Of a stretch of DNA of 64,000 nt, positions 8,907 through 19,322 are shown piece by piece. The stretch is from an uncultured cyanobacterium (GTDB lineage Bacteria > Cyanobacteriota > Cyanobacteriia > Cyanobacteriales > CAWCAG01). Positions within the stretch are counted from its first letter, which is position 1, and the number at the start of each line of letters is the position of its first letter. The position numbers were made by a program, and so were the translations under genes. Where the stretch lies: assembly GCA_963793425.1 (NCBI GenBank), contig CAWCAG010000009.1, forward strand, positions 1,077,805-1,141,804. The letters run 5' to 3'. The notes under the pieces are model-generated. The model saw only the letters and a list, made by a program, of their open reading frames with translations. It was not told the DNA's origin and searched no databases.

Positions 8907-11870
8907 TCACCTAATTGCTGGTGGTAAATCCGCCGGAGGAGGGGAATTGCGGCCAGGAGGTATGGGGGGAGAAGCCCCAGGAGGTTCTGGTAAAGGAGGA
9001 GGTGCGCCCTCTCCTTCTTCATTTTCTCCCTCTTTACCCGCAGCCTTATCTCCTCCAGACTCAGAAGAGCCTTCTTCCCCTTCCTTTTCCTTACCTGCTT
9101 CGTCTCCTTCTGCCCCTCCTGGAGATTCCTCCGCCCCTTCTTCTTGCTCTTGATCTCCTTCCCCCTCTACACCATCTGCCCTTTCTGCCCCTTCTTCTAC
9201 TTCCTCCTCCGGCAGAAAACTCTCAATCGTCACAGAACGAGTTTTTTGCTCTCCTTCTGCATTGGTTACTTGTAGGATAATAGTCTCGCTACCCGGTTCC
9301 TTCCCTAAAGGAAAAGCAACCTTTCCCTGTTTATTTACAGTTCCGGGGGAGGGTAGCAACTCAACCTTAATATCTTTGCCCCCCGCAACTTGCCACTCAA
9401 TAATAATCGGCGTTGGTTGTGCTTGGTTGATGGGTACAGAATACTTAGGTTGGGCATCAACCCCATTAATAGTGAACTCAGCAATCTCAAAAGGTACAGG
9501 TTGGGCAATCACTTTAATTATATCGGTTTGGGCTGGTTCGATGGGTTCTTCGGGTTTTTCTTGGGGAACTGGAGTTAATTCAAAAATATAACTCCCGGCT
9601 TTACTGGCCCCGGTAGATACAGACTGGCAGGTTAACTCTAATTTAACAATTACACAAAAACGATCTAACCCCACAGGAATACGGGCATTCTGACACAGTT
9701 GCTGAGTTTGGTTACTTTCGCACAGTTCCACTAACTGCTGAAGATTCTTACCCCGTTTGCAAAGGGCTTGGTTAGCATTCTCTTCCTGGGAACATAACCT
9801 AGCTAACTTCTGGGGATTGACGGTATCAAACTTAAAGGTTCTTTCTTTGCTATTAACGGAACCATCGGGGGCTTTACCCACCAATTTTAACTCCTTGATT
9901 TGATCAGCATCGCCAATTTTCCAATTCAAACGGATGCCGGGGCTAACTCTAACGGGAGGTTGCGGAGTTGCAACCGCAACGGTTTGGGTTTCTTGGTATT
10001 GAGGTTCTGTAGCCGCAAACTCCAACACTTGAGGAACAGGAATACCCGTAATCCGAACTGCACTAGTTTTCGCTGTTTCTACAGCACCTTTTTTACGCCC
10101 TTGAGGAATTAGGGTTAACTCAAAAACATAATCCCCCGCTTTACGGGCATCAGTGGGAACATTCTGACAAACCAATTCCTGTTCCTGTTCGCAAAAACCG
10201 TTTAGTTCTTTAGGTATACCATCCCGGAAATCATAGACAACTGGTTCGCTAGTTAATAAACCATCAGGAGAAACCCCCGATATTTGCAAAGTCTTGATAC
10301 GACGGGGATTATCAACACGCCAACTCAAACTTACCACATCTTCGTTAGCTTCTCGGTAAGTACTGCTATCAGGGACAAATTCCACAATTTCGGGCAAGGG
10401 TTTAGGGCGCAACAACCACCAAATCAAGAAAATCACAGTTGCAATCAGCCCTAAAACAGCTAAAGCAACTAATAAAAAATGCCACCAAGGGCGAGATTGC
10501 CAAACTAAAGTTGCTTGAAAACGGTCGTTAATTAAGGGTAACTGCTGTACATCCTCAACTTCCACACTGAAGTTGATTGTACGGCCATAAAAGGGTCGCC
10601 GCCAGGACTTTTGTGGCTGTACTTCCAATTCAACTTTAGCCGATTCTCCTGGTAACAGGCGCAGTTGTTCTGGGGCTAAAGTGTAACTGCAAACTCCTCC
10701 CCCATCTACTTCCCTAGCATATAATCTTAATTCACGGGGAGTATTGCCCCCATTATGCAAACGCAACTCAAAAACTCCGGACTCATTTCTAATTGTTCCA
10801 ACTACAGTTACTAGTTCAACATCTAATAAATAGATTCCTGACACTTGTAGATAAACAACATCTAAAAGAGCTAAATCGGGGTTGTTGGAAGAATAAAGAC
10901 GCAGAGTGGGGGAGTAAACCCCAGCTAAAGTTCCTAAAGGAGGCTGGAAAAAGATTTCAATTTCCCCTTGTTCCCCTGGATTCAACTCTAACCCTGTATT
11001 CGCTACAATTAAACCCAATTCCTGCAAACCTTCAGGATATTTAACACTGACCCAATCCGAACCAAAATCAGGACAGCTTAAACGGAAACGATCTACCCTG
11101 TCAGTGCGGTTGCGGACAATCGCCTGCATAACCAAAGCTTCGCCAATTTGGACGATTACCGGTTGAACAGAACTTGTGGTGGGTACAATGCTAAAAGTTG
11201 GGTCATTAACAGTTTGGGCTTCCTGAATAAAAGGAATGACCCGCAACCTACCGGGATTAAGGATGGGGGTATGTTCAGGATAATGTTCCTGGGCATCAAT
11301 TTTAAGGAGATATTTGTAAGCATCTGGTAATGCTTCTGGGGGAATATCAAATTGAAAAAATACCTCACTAGTTTGCCCCAAACCAAGGGCTAAGCGTTCA
11401 TAGGGGGAACGACACCATTCATAGACAAATTCTGAAGTTTCGTCAATAGCAAGATCAATTAAAGCACTCTGGTTGCCTTGGTTAGATACTGTCACCCCCA
11501 ACTCCACTGTAGAACCAGAAGTAGCAACCATCTCCCCAGAAGGATTAATAATAATAACTAAGGGTTTACCAGGGGTAAGAGATTGTTCTAGTATCTCCTG
11601 TATTCTTGCCCCTTGTTTAACCCCTAACTTCCGACTATAAAAAGTTTCTCCTTCAACAATATTGGACTGTAAAAAGTTCTCTTGAACGAGAAAGTTAAGT
11701 TCCCCAATAATTACTGCTTCATCTTGTTGCAGATGAGTAGCAACCTCTGTTAAGACTACTTCCCTATTTTCTCGACGTATCCAATTAACAATGTTTCTTT
11801 GACGAGGAGATAGGGCCAAAAGCCCCGCCATTGTTGTTCCTTCCTCAGTATTAAACCCGTCGCCCCTCAT
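8907..11870 (-). CDS. Large single-pass membrane protein: N-terminal wHTH, three Ig-like (COG1470-like) repeats, TM helix, repeated Cys-containing beta-domains, acidic/Pro-rich tail
   Basis: 987-aa ORF; repeated V/L-x-N-x-G/T strands; TM WWHFLLVALAVLGLIATVIFLIWWLL; internal repeats KAGDYVFELTLIP / KAGSYIFELTPVP. Confidence 0.75.
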   Translation of the reverse strand: MRGDGFNTEEGTTMAGLLALSPRQRNIVNWIRRENREVVLTEVATHLQQDEAVIIGELNFLVQENFLQSNIVEGETFYSRKLGVKQGARIQEILEQSLTPGKPLVIIINPSGEMVATSGSTVELGVTVSNQGNQSALIDLAIDETSEFVYEWCRSPYERLALGLGQTSEVFFQFDIPPEALPDAYKYLLKIDAQEHYPEHTPILNPGRLRVIPFIQEAQTVNDPTFSIVPTTSSVQPVIVQIGEALVMQAIVRNRTDRVDRFRLSCPDFGSDWVSVKYPEGLQELGLIVANTGLELNPGEQGEIEIFFQPPLGTLAGVYSPTLRLYSSNNPDLALLDVVYLQVSGIYLLDVELVTVVGTIRNESGVFELRLHNGGNTPRELRLYAREVDGGGVCSYTLAPEQLRLLPGESAKVELEVQPQKSWRRPFYGRTINFSVEVEDVQQLPLINDRFQATLVWQSRPWWHFLLVALAVLGLIATVIFLIWWLLRPKPLPEIVEFVPDSSTYREANEDVVSLSWRVDNPRRIKTLQISGVSPDGLLTSEPVVYDFRDGIPKELNGFCEQEQELVCQNVPTDARKAGDYVFELTLIPQGRKKGAVETAKTSAVRITGIPVPQVLEFAATEPQYQETQTVAVATPQPPVRVSPGIRLNWKIGDADQIKELKLVGKAPDGSVNSKERTFKFDTVNPQKLARLCSQEENANQALCKRGKNLQQLVELCESNQTQQLCQNARIPVGLDRFCVIVKLELTCQSVSTGASKAGSYIFELTPVPQEKPEEPIEPAQTDIIKVIAQPVPFEIAEFTINGVDAQPKYSVPINQAQPTPIIIEWQVAGGKDIKVELLPSPGTVNKQGKVAFPLGKEPGSETIILQVTNAEGEQKTRSVTIESFLPEEEVEEGAERADGVEGEGDQEQEEGAEESPGGAEGDEAGKEKEGEEGSSESGGDKAAGKEGENEEGEGAPPPLPEPPGASPPIPPGRNSPPPADLPPAIR

Positions 11871-11932
11871 TATTTCTTTCTTTTAGGTAGAAGTAATTTG
11901 TTAGTGATCAATTAATAACTGATAACTGTTCA

Positions 11933-12694
11933 TTAACCAAGTTCTTTAGCTACAGAAGCAATAACCTTGCTTAAAGGATGATTAGGCTTGTGTAGATAAA
12001 AGATACCGTTGCTTTGAAGTTGCATCATATCTTCTGAATGGGGTAGAATCCCTGCTAATGGTACGTTGTAGGTTTTTTCAACTTTATTTTTTAAGTCACC
12101 AAAATCAAGATTAGGTAAAGCTTTATTAATCATTAACAATAACTTAGGAACCCCCAAACGACGGGCTACTTCTACGGTGACAGCAGTGCCTTGAAAATCT
12201 TGACTATCAGGGCGCAAAACAATAATCATAATGTCAGAAATGCTGATAGAAAGGAGAGTTTCTTCATTTAAGCCTGGGTGAGTATCAATAAAAAGATAAT
12301 CTAACTCCAACTCATCAATTAACTCGTAAAAACCATCACAAAGCAAGTCAAAATCAAAACCGTCTTTGAGAATTCTGGCAATATCTCCTGTTTTAATGCT
12401 AGAAGGAATGAGAAAAATTTTCCCTGAGTTAGAAGAATTTTGCAGCAACGTACTCACATCGTAGCTAGCATCTTTAATAGAACAATGTCCCCAAAGAAAA
12501 TCATTGAGGGAATTTTGAATTTGTCCTTCTTCAAAACCAAACAAAACATGAATCCCTGGAGATTGAATATCCGTATCGACAACCGCCACTCGCTTGCCAG
12601 TAAGGGCTACACTAACGGCAATATTAGCTGTGGTATTAGATTTTCCGGTTCCTCCCCGAAAGGAATGAATAGAGACGATTTTACTGTTAATCAT
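11933..12694 (-). CDS. MinD/ParA-family ATPase
   Basis: SIHSFRGGTGKSN Walker A, VVDTD, FIDTHPG. No obvious C-terminal amphipathic MinD membrane-targeting helix. Confidence 0.88.
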   Translation of the reverse strand: MINSKIVSIHSFRGGTGKSNTTANIAVSVALTGKRVAVVDTDIQSPGIHVLFGFEEGQIQNSLNDFLWGHCSIKDASYDVSTLLQNSSNSGKIFLIPSSIKTGDIARILKDGFDFDLLCDGFYELIDELELDYLFIDTHPGLNEETLLSISISDIMIIVLRPDSQDFQGTAVTVEVARRLGVPKLLLMINKALPNLDFGDLKNKVEKTYNVPLAGILPHSEDMMQLQSNGIFYLHKPNHPLSKVIASVAKELG

Positions 12695-12739
12695 TGATCA
12701 TTTAAGATTGTTAACTGCTCGTTGTTAACTATTAACTGT

Positions 12740-13078
12740 TTACGGTTCCTCTGTTAACTCTTGGAGAAACTGAGAAGATACTTTACCTTGGTTTTGCTCT
12801 GAAGAAGTAGGAGAATAATAAGTCCCCCCCTCAGCTTGGTTAGTTTGGAGAAATCCTGCTTTAATTAAATCTTCTAAATCTGAGGATACTATTTCTTGTT
12901 CCTTCTCTAAATAATTAGCTACTTCAGCTAAGGTACACTTTTTCTTGCGCCTAATCCAGTTAATTATGCGTCGTTGTTCTGGGGGTAAATGAAGAATTTC
13001 TAAACTAGAACCTGCCCCCCTATTTCTAGATTGCCTACGCTTTTTGCCTAGAAAGTCCTCGAATTGGTCTTTACTCAT
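12740..13078 (-). CDS. Small winged helix-turn-helix protein
   Basis: LPPEQRRIINWIRR...TLAEVANYL...DLEDLIKAGFL HTH pattern. Confidence 0.7.
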   Translation of the reverse strand: MSKDQFEDFLGKKRRQSRNRGAGSSLEILHLPPEQRRIINWIRRKKKCTLAEVANYLEKEQEIVSSDLEDLIKAGFLQTNQAEGGTYYSPTSSEQNQGKVSSQFLQELTEEP

Positions 13079-13251
13079 AGCTACTTTTGTCCTTGCTTAC
13101 CAGTGATTGTGACCTTGATTGTTGTTTTACACTACTAGCAATAAGTCTAAGATGCTCAATAGAGCCAAGAAGTAACAATCAGCTATAATCGTTGACAGCT
13201 AGTTGCTATAACAACTAAAAAGTTTTTCAGTTTAGAAGAGATTTTATTTTC

Positions 13252-13482
13252 ATGACAGTAATTCAACTTGTACAAATTATTTGGGCTGCATCTGCTTTTC
13301 TGTTAATAGTCTTGGTACTATTACATAGCCCCAAGGGAGATGGCATTGGCGGTATTGGTGGCCAAGCTCAATTATTTACTAGCACAAAAAGTGCAGAAAA
13401 AACTCTCAACCGCATTACCTGGGCCCTTAGTATTACTTTTATTGCCTTAACTATTGTTTTGAGTGCAGGCTGGTTAGGGTAG
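13252..13482 (+). CDS. secG: Preprotein translocase subunit SecG
   Basis: LVLLHSPKGDGIGGIGG...KTLNRITW; two TM segments. Confidence 0.95.
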   Translation: MTVIQLVQIIWAASAFLLIVLVLLHSPKGDGIGGIGGQAQLFTSTKSAEKTLNRITWALSITFIALTIVLSAGWLG

Positions 13483-13636
13483 GCTACAGGGAGCAGGGAG
13501 CAGGAAGCAGGAAGCAGAGAGCAAGGTTTGAGAACTTTATTCCTTAGACATCTCCAAAAACTCCAATTTTTGTACGGAATTATAAGGGTTCCAGCATAAT
13601 TATTGGAGCAGTCTCTTGGTTTTATAAAGGTGCTTT

Positions 13637-14395
13637 ATGAACAGGATTTGGTATGACAAATTGCGTTTAGCGATCGCCTCTTGTTTATTTGTCATAATTC
13701 TCGGCTTTGGTGCAAGGGGAAATGCCACTGATCCCATACCTCTACTAGCACAAGTTCATCCTTTACCCACTTCCTTATCACAATGGCAATATGAGGAAGC
13801 AGCAGGAGATTATTTTGCACAAGTTAAACCAATTCCTCACATTGGATACTTGATTTGGTCAGAATTCCCTGTTAAAGTTTATGTTGATAAACCCCAAGGT
13901 TCTCCGGAATTATCCTACGAAACTGTTAACTTTCCTCAATGGCGTAAAGCAGTTTTAGCTGCTGTGTCAGAATGGAATAATTACCTTCCTTTACAAGAAG
14001 TTGAGGAACCTGACCAAGCAGATATTCTGATCCTGCGTCAAGAACTATCTCCCAAGAAAATTTACAATCCCCAAACAGGTGAATTTCAAGGTACTCGCGC
14101 CCGTACAGCCACAACAGAGTATGAATTTTATTTTCGCAAAAGCCATGAAGGATCAGACATTCTAGCCCATCGCCTCAAAATTATCCTGAGTCCTTTTCAA
14201 ACTGAGTTGAACCTCTTACCCGCAGCCCGTCACGAACTTGGCCATGGTTTGGGTATCTGGGGACATAGCTTAGAAGAAACAGACTGTCTCTACTTTTCCC
14301 AAGTCCGTAATCCTCCTCAAATTTCTGCTAGGGATATTAATACCCTCAAAAAGATTTACCAACAACCAACTAGTTTAGGTTGGCCAATTGACTAA
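13637..14395 (+). CDS. Secreted zinc metallopeptidase (matrixin/M10-like)
   Basis: Signal peptide; HELGHGLGIWGH (HExxHxxGxxH-type) motif. Confidence 0.85.
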   Translation: MNRIWYDKLRLAIASCLFVIILGFGARGNATDPIPLLAQVHPLPTSLSQWQYEEAAGDYFAQVKPIPHIGYLIWSEFPVKVYVDKPQGSPELSYETVNFPQWRKAVLAAVSEWNNYLPLQEVEEPDQADILILRQELSPKKIYNPQTGEFQGTRARTATTEYEFYFRKSHEGSDILAHRLKIILSPFQTELNLLPAARHELGHGLGIWGHSLEETDCLYFSQVRNPPQISARDINTLKKIYQQPTSLGWPID

Positions 14396-14408
14396 ACTCA
14401 ACTAAGTA

Positions 14409-14446
14409 ATTGAAGCAGATTTGACTCTAAAAAAATCTGCTTCAAT
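14409..14446. terminator. Inverted repeat, probable terminator
   Basis: ATTGAAGCAGATTT-loop-AAATCTGCTTCAAT immediately after the peptidase stop. Confidence 0.65.
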
Positions 14447-14622
14447 ACTTTTGTAAACGCCTGTATACTTCTTCTTCAATACTTCTTCTTCAGAGAAAAT
14501 CTTGCTAAATTTGTATACGACATTTGGCCGAAGCCGATAGAGAAGTCAATAACTATGCTTAACAAATGCTTTCCTCAGTAAAAAGCGAGAAATCATTTCA
14601 ATCTTAAGGAGCAAATATAGTT

Positions 14623-14832
14623 ATGAACATCGCCTTAACCAATCTGAATGAATTACCCATCTTAACCGTCAACTCTTCTGAGGTTCCCTCCAAAGCACTG
14701 CACTCTCAAGAAGACAATCAAGAGTTATGTCTAAGCGAATATCATAGTAAGCCTGCTAGTAAAGACAAAATCACCGCCTCTAAACCTCAACTTCAGCAAG
14801 TTGTTATTGAGGCAATGTGCGATCTTTTCTAG
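14623..14832 (+). CDS. Small hypothetical protein
   Basis: 69-aa ORF with AAGGAG upstream; no recognised motif. Confidence 0.5.
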   Translation: MNIALTNLNELPILTVNSSEVPSKALHSQEDNQELCLSEYHSKPASKDKITASKPQLQQVVIEAMCDLF

Positions 14833-14975
14833 GAAAATTAGTTGAGTTTTATAGCGACAAAAATCAAAAGTCTCCACGGTCAACAGTTAACTAGATTTTC
14901 GCATCATAGGTTGCATCTTTAACCCAATATTTTAGTTAAGAATTAAGACTGACTTGTTCCCTACATAATTTCCTT

Positions 14976-16586
14976 TTAAATTGTATTACCAACAACTTCT
15001 TCTTGAGAATTTTGTTCTCTTTGCTGCAAAGCACCATAAAGGCGATTCAAAGCACTTACATAAGCCCTAGCAGAAGCAGTGATAATATCTGTATGAGCTG
15101 AATGTCCAGAATAAACTTTACCTTCATGGCGTAGGCGAATAGTCACCTCACCGATGGCATCAATACCCGCCGTAACTGACTTAACAGAAAATTCAATTAA
15201 TTCATTAGGTACATTAACCACGCGGTTAATAGCTTGATAAACTGCATCTACAGGCCCAGTACCAATAGCCGCATCACTTAATTCTTCCCCATCGGGGGTA
15301 CGAAGGGTAACAGTCGCTGTAGGACGGGCATTATCGCCACAGGAAACCTGGACTAATTCTAGACGGAATAGTTCAGGGACTTGTTGAATTTCATCATTAA
15401 CAATTGCTTCCAAATCCCAATCGGTGATTTCTTTTTTCTTATCCGCTACATCTTTAAAACGGAGAAAAGCTTTATTAAGTTCTGTATCTGAAAGTTCAAA
15501 ACCTAACTCTTGCAGGCGAGTACGAAAAGCATTGCGTCCTGAATGTTTGCCCAGGATAATTTGGTTATTATTTAAACCAATGGATTGGGCATCCATAATT
15601 TCGTAGGTTAATTTATTCTTGAGAACCCCATCTTGATGAATACCAGATTCATGGGCGAAAGCATTAGTACCCACAATCGCTTTATTGGGCTGCACCATCA
15701 TCCCAGTTAGATTAGAAACCAAACGGGAGGTTTTGTAAATTTCGGGGGTATTAATTTTGGTTAATGATGCTTCTGATTCTGGTTTCCTGCCGAAGAAAGG
15801 GTTAAAATACTGCCTGCGGACGTGGAGGGCCATCACCAACTCTTCTAAAGCTGCGTTACCAGCCCGTTCACCAATGCCGTTGATAGTACATTCTAATTGC
15901 CGCGCCCCGTTCTTCACAGCTTCTAAAAAGTTCGCCACGGCTAAACCTAAATCATTGTGACCATGAACAGAAATAATCGCTTGGTCAATATTCGGAACGT
16001 TTTCCCTAATGCCGCCAATTAAGGCCCCAAATTCTGTGGGGGTAATGTAACCAACGGTATCAGGAATATTAATAGTTGTGGCCCCGGCTGCGATCGCCGC
16101 TTCAATCACTTCATAAAGAAAGTCTGGATCACTTCGTCCCGCATCTTCCGGGGAAAATTCCACATCATCAACAAAAGATTTAGCGTAAGCAACCATTTCT
16201 GGAGCAATTTCTAATACTTCTTGCCGACTCTTCTTCAATTTATATTCTAAATGGATATCAGAAGTAGCAATAAAGGTATGAATCCGCGAATTGCAAGCAG
16301 GTTCGAGGGACTCAGCCGCTGCCTTAATATCTTGTTTCGTAGCCCTAGCCAAACTACAAATTGTCGGCCCATCCTCTATACCCACAATTTGAGCAATTTG
16401 CTTGATCGCTTGAAAATCTCCCGGACTAGCGTAAGCAAAACCTGCTTCAATAATATCTACCCCTAGACGGGCTAATTGTCTAGCAATCAGTAGCTTTTCA
16501 TCGGCGTTGAGGGTGGCCCCAGGAGACTGTTCTCCGTCCCGAAGTGTAGTATCAAAAATGATGATGCGGTCTGATTTGTTATTCAT
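14976..16586 (-). CDS. leuA: 2-isopropylmalate synthase
   Basis: [29 protein letters not shown] motifs; C-terminal regulatory domain. Confidence 0.97.
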   Translation of the reverse strand: MNNKSDRIIIFDTTLRDGEQSPGATLNADEKLLIARQLARLGVDIIEAGFAYASPGDFQAIKQIAQIVGIEDGPTICSLARATKQDIKAAAESLEPACNSRIHTFIATSDIHLEYKLKKSRQEVLEIAPEMVAYAKSFVDDVEFSPEDAGRSDPDFLYEVIEAAIAAGATTINIPDTVGYITPTEFGALIGGIRENVPNIDQAIISVHGHNDLGLAVANFLEAVKNGARQLECTINGIGERAGNAALEELVMALHVRRQYFNPFFGRKPESEASLTKINTPEIYKTSRLVSNLTGMMVQPNKAIVGTNAFAHESGIHQDGVLKNKLTYEIMDAQSIGLNNNQIILGKHSGRNAFRTRLQELGFELSDTELNKAFLRFKDVADKKKEITDWDLEAIVNDEIQQVPELFRLELVQVSCGDNARPTATVTLRTPDGEELSDAAIGTGPVDAVYQAINRVVNVPNELIEFSVKSVTAGIDAIGEVTIRLRHEGKVYSGHSAHTDIITASARAYVSALNRLYGALQQREQNSQEEVVGNTI

Positions 16587-16692
16587 AACAATTAGCTAGG
16601 GTAGAGATAAGATATTGTTCTCTAGATATAAAATAAACTATAACAAGTTTCCCTACCGATGAGCGATTAGCGATTAGTCATAAATTCGCTCT

Positions 16693-17211
16693 TTAAAAAT
16701 CATATTTTTCTATACGCTCACGGATATCATTTAAGTCTATGTAAGAATCTGTAACGTTTCTCAACTCCCTAGCGATCATTCCTTCTGTAGATACTACGGT
16801 AATATGAGTATTCTTAGAGCGTAATAGCTCAATTGCTCTTTCAAAATCTCCATCACCACTAAAAAGAACTACACGATTATATTGTTCGCAGGTATTAAAC
16901 ATATCTACAACAATTTCTATATCAAGATTTGCTTTTTGAGAATAACGTCCGGAGTTATCATCGTAATATTCTTTAAGTATTTTTGTTCGTACTGTGTAAC
17001 CTAAACTAATGAGTGCATCTCTAAACCCCCGTTGATCTTGAGAGTCTTTTAAGCCTGTATACCAAAAGGCGTTAACCAAGGTAAGTTCGGGAGGACTTTT
17101 AAAATATTCTAATACGCGCCTGGGGTCAAAAAACCAACCATTTTTTTGCTGCGCGTAGAACATATTGTTCCCGTCCACGAAAATCGAAAGACGGTTCTCA
17201 GTGAAACGCAT
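16693..17211 (-). CDS. labA: LabA/DUF88 NYN-domain protein
   Basis: FVDGNNMFYAQQKNGW, KANLDIEIVVD, LFSGDGDF motifs. Confidence 0.85.
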   Translation of the reverse strand: MRFTENRLSIFVDGNNMFYAQQKNGWFFDPRRVLEYFKSPPELTLVNAFWYTGLKDSQDQRGFRDALISLGYTVRTKILKEYYDDNSGRYSQKANLDIEIVVDMFNTCEQYNRVVLFSGDGDFERAIELLRSKNTHITVVSTEGMIARELRNVTDSYIDLNDIRERIEKYDF

Positions 17212-17677
17212 AAAGTTAATATATACCTAAAATTTACAAATAAAAAGATAGCAACTTACTATAGTAACAAGGTTTGCTCGTTGATTTAATAATAAAAAGT
17301 GCTTAGTAGCCAAAGAAAATTTTTGGTGAAAATTTCCCTCTCTGCTTGGGATTTTTATGGTTAGAGGATAAAAATAAATTTCAAAATCTCAATATTTTTG
17401 AGTAGGTTTGAAAACTATTTTCCTCTTTTATAAATGAGCCAAACACTAAGAAAGTGGGGATTTTCTGACCAGGTAATTTTAGGCTGAATTCCCCACCACT
17501 GAACTATATTTTAATTTAGGCATTATTAAGACAATAGAGATTATTACCTATTAAATAAACTAGAAAGATATTCACAGCAAAAAACGAAACTACTATTTTG
17601 GCCTCCCAACTCTACACTTATATTGAGATTATATGTTATCTAGATGACAAGATTGTCGCAGCTTAATGTTTACTGAA

Positions 17678-17800
17678 TTGACATCCTCCCACCGATAAAT
17701 CGGGGGATTCGGTTGAATCTAGAGGTTCTACATTCAACGACTCACCGTTAGACGACAGGGTAGCCCCAACAGCCCAAGAGGGCAAGTCTCCTGTAGCGTA
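17678..17800 (-). mobile_element. Isolated IS200/IS605 right end (omegaRNA/reRNA-like scaffold) without tnpB
   Basis: Minus strand reads ACGCTACAGGAGACTTGCCCTCTTGGGCTGTTGGGGCTACCCTGTCGTCTAACGGTGAGTCGTTGAA...GAATCCCCCGATTTATCGGTGGGAGGATGTCAA: subterminal hairpin plus terminal TCAA. Confidence 0.7.
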
Positions 17801-17838
17801 AGTGAGGGTCTTCTCTCACAAATTAGATAAATCGTTAA

Positions 17839-18663
17839 TCAATCATAAGAACACCAGTCACTCCATCCTCCTGGATATAATTTCGCGTTATTAATTTGGG
17901 CTATTTCCAAAGAGAGAAGATTAACACAGGCTGTCACTCCTGAACCACAATAAACAACTAAAGGAGAACCAAACTGGTAATTTTGCCATCTTTGGCTTTG
18001 TACCAAGGAAGAGCGGATTTCCTGTGATGGTTTTGTAACTTCTTTCCAGGGCAAATTAATTGCACCCGGAATATGTCCTGCCACAGGATCTATAGGTTCT
18101 ACTTTTCCTAAATAGCGGTTGTGATCGCGGGAATCAACCAAAATCATCTCCGGGCCATTCTGATAATTCTTAACGGTTTCGATACCTACTATCAGATCAG
18201 TTCTAACCTGGGGAATAAAATCACCTTGACTAGCTATACCCAAGGTATCATTAACCGGATATTGCCCTTCTTGCCAAGCTAACCAACCTCCATCTAAAAC
18301 AGCTACTTGGTCGTGACCAAAGTAGCGTAATAGCCACCAGAGACGAGCCGCAAAAGCGAAACGGGAACTATCATAGGCAACTACCAAAGTTTTCCCAAAA
18401 TCAACCCCTAGACTAGCCATCTTACTAGCAAATCTCTCTGGTTCGGGTAGGGGATGGCGACCACCATGGCGTTTAAGAGGAGCAGATAAATCCTGGTCTA
18501 AATGTAAGTAATCGGCCCCCGGAATATGGCTATGGCGATACTGTCCCTCTCCCCATTGAGGGTAAGACAAATCGAAACGACAATCGACAATTACCACCTG
18601 GGGATTATTCAATTGCTCTGCTAACCAAGCACAATTAACAACTGGAAGCTGAACTTTACTCAT
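17839..18663 (-). CDS. Rhodanese-like sulfurtransferase (SseA family)
   Basis: HIPGA twice, GRHPLP, YCGSGVTAC active site, YPGGWSDW. Confidence 0.92.
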   Translation of the reverse strand: MSKVQLPVVNCAWLAEQLNNPQVVIVDCRFDLSYPQWGEGQYRHSHIPGADYLHLDQDLSAPLKRHGGRHPLPEPERFASKMASLGVDFGKTLVVAYDSSRFAFAARLWWLLRYFGHDQVAVLDGGWLAWQEGQYPVNDTLGIASQGDFIPQVRTDLIVGIETVKNYQNGPEMILVDSRDHNRYLGKVEPIDPVAGHIPGAINLPWKEVTKPSQEIRSSLVQSQRWQNYQFGSPLVVYCGSGVTACVNLLSLEIAQINNAKLYPGGWSDWCSYD

Positions 18664-18667
18664 AAGT

Positions 18668-19132
18668 TCAATCCGCTTGTACCCAATCGTAATTTTTTCC
18701 TATCAGCAAGCAATTACGGCTATCATCAATGCGAGTGTAACTCAAACAATCAGAAATTTTTTGCAAAATTTCTAAACCACGGCCGCCCCCTGCCCACTGA
18801 TTATCTTTTTTCTCTAACAAATTGTTGAGGTGGGCAGTTAAATCAAAAGGAGGACCGCAATCCCAAATACGCATTTCTAAGTGATCATTATACAAAGTGA
18901 CCTCAATTTCAATTAATTCGTCTGTCGGTAGCCCTCTATGGGCATGACGAACAGCATTAGTAAATCCTTCAGCCAAAGCCAATTTGCACTCTAGCCAATA
19001 TTTTAGGGATACTGAAGAAGGTTTAAAAGGATCAAACCAGGACAAAACATTGTCTAATAACTTCAGATCCGTAGAAAAGGTTGTCAAAGTTTTTTTGAGA
19101 ACTGTCAACAGCCCAAAGCCCTTTAACGTCAC
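18668..19132 (-). CDS. RsbW-like anti-sigma factor / Ser kinase
   Basis: LALAEGFTNAVRHAH, IWDCGPPFD, GGRGL (HATPase_c_2 motifs). Confidence 0.88.
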   Translation of the reverse strand: MTLKGFGLLTVLKKTLTTFSTDLKLLDNVLSWFDPFKPSSVSLKYWLECKLALAEGFTNAVRHAHRGLPTDELIEIEVTLYNDHLEMRIWDCGPPFDLTAHLNNLLEKKDNQWAGGGRGLEILQKISDCLSYTRIDDSRNCLLIGKNYDWVQAD

Positions 19133-19322
19133 AACAAAGTAGCTATTATTGCCAATTTAACTAACAGTAGTAATAGCAAATCTAGTTTAGCCTGAATTTA
19201 TGGACTTGAGACTTGACTATCGACCGACATTTAATTCTTATGTTTTTCAAATTGATCAAATTAAGTCTAGTCTAGTTGAGGATGGGAGCCAATCAAAGCA
19301 CGAGTTAAATCACTGACCTGTC

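Noticed and set aside
8915..11386. Several ORFs overlapping the 987-aa gene on the opposite strand or in other frames
   Set aside because: Shadow ORFs of low-complexity coding sequence; no recognisable motifs.
8907..13078. Absence of HIP1 as proof of horizontal transfer
   Set aside because: A comparable HIP1-free stretch covers housekeeping genes at about 47.3-52.9 kb, so this evidence is weak by itself.
14500..14620. Possible riboswitch ahead of the 69-aa ORF
   Set aside because: I could not match it to any riboswitch consensus I know, including the glutamine and c-di-GMP classes.
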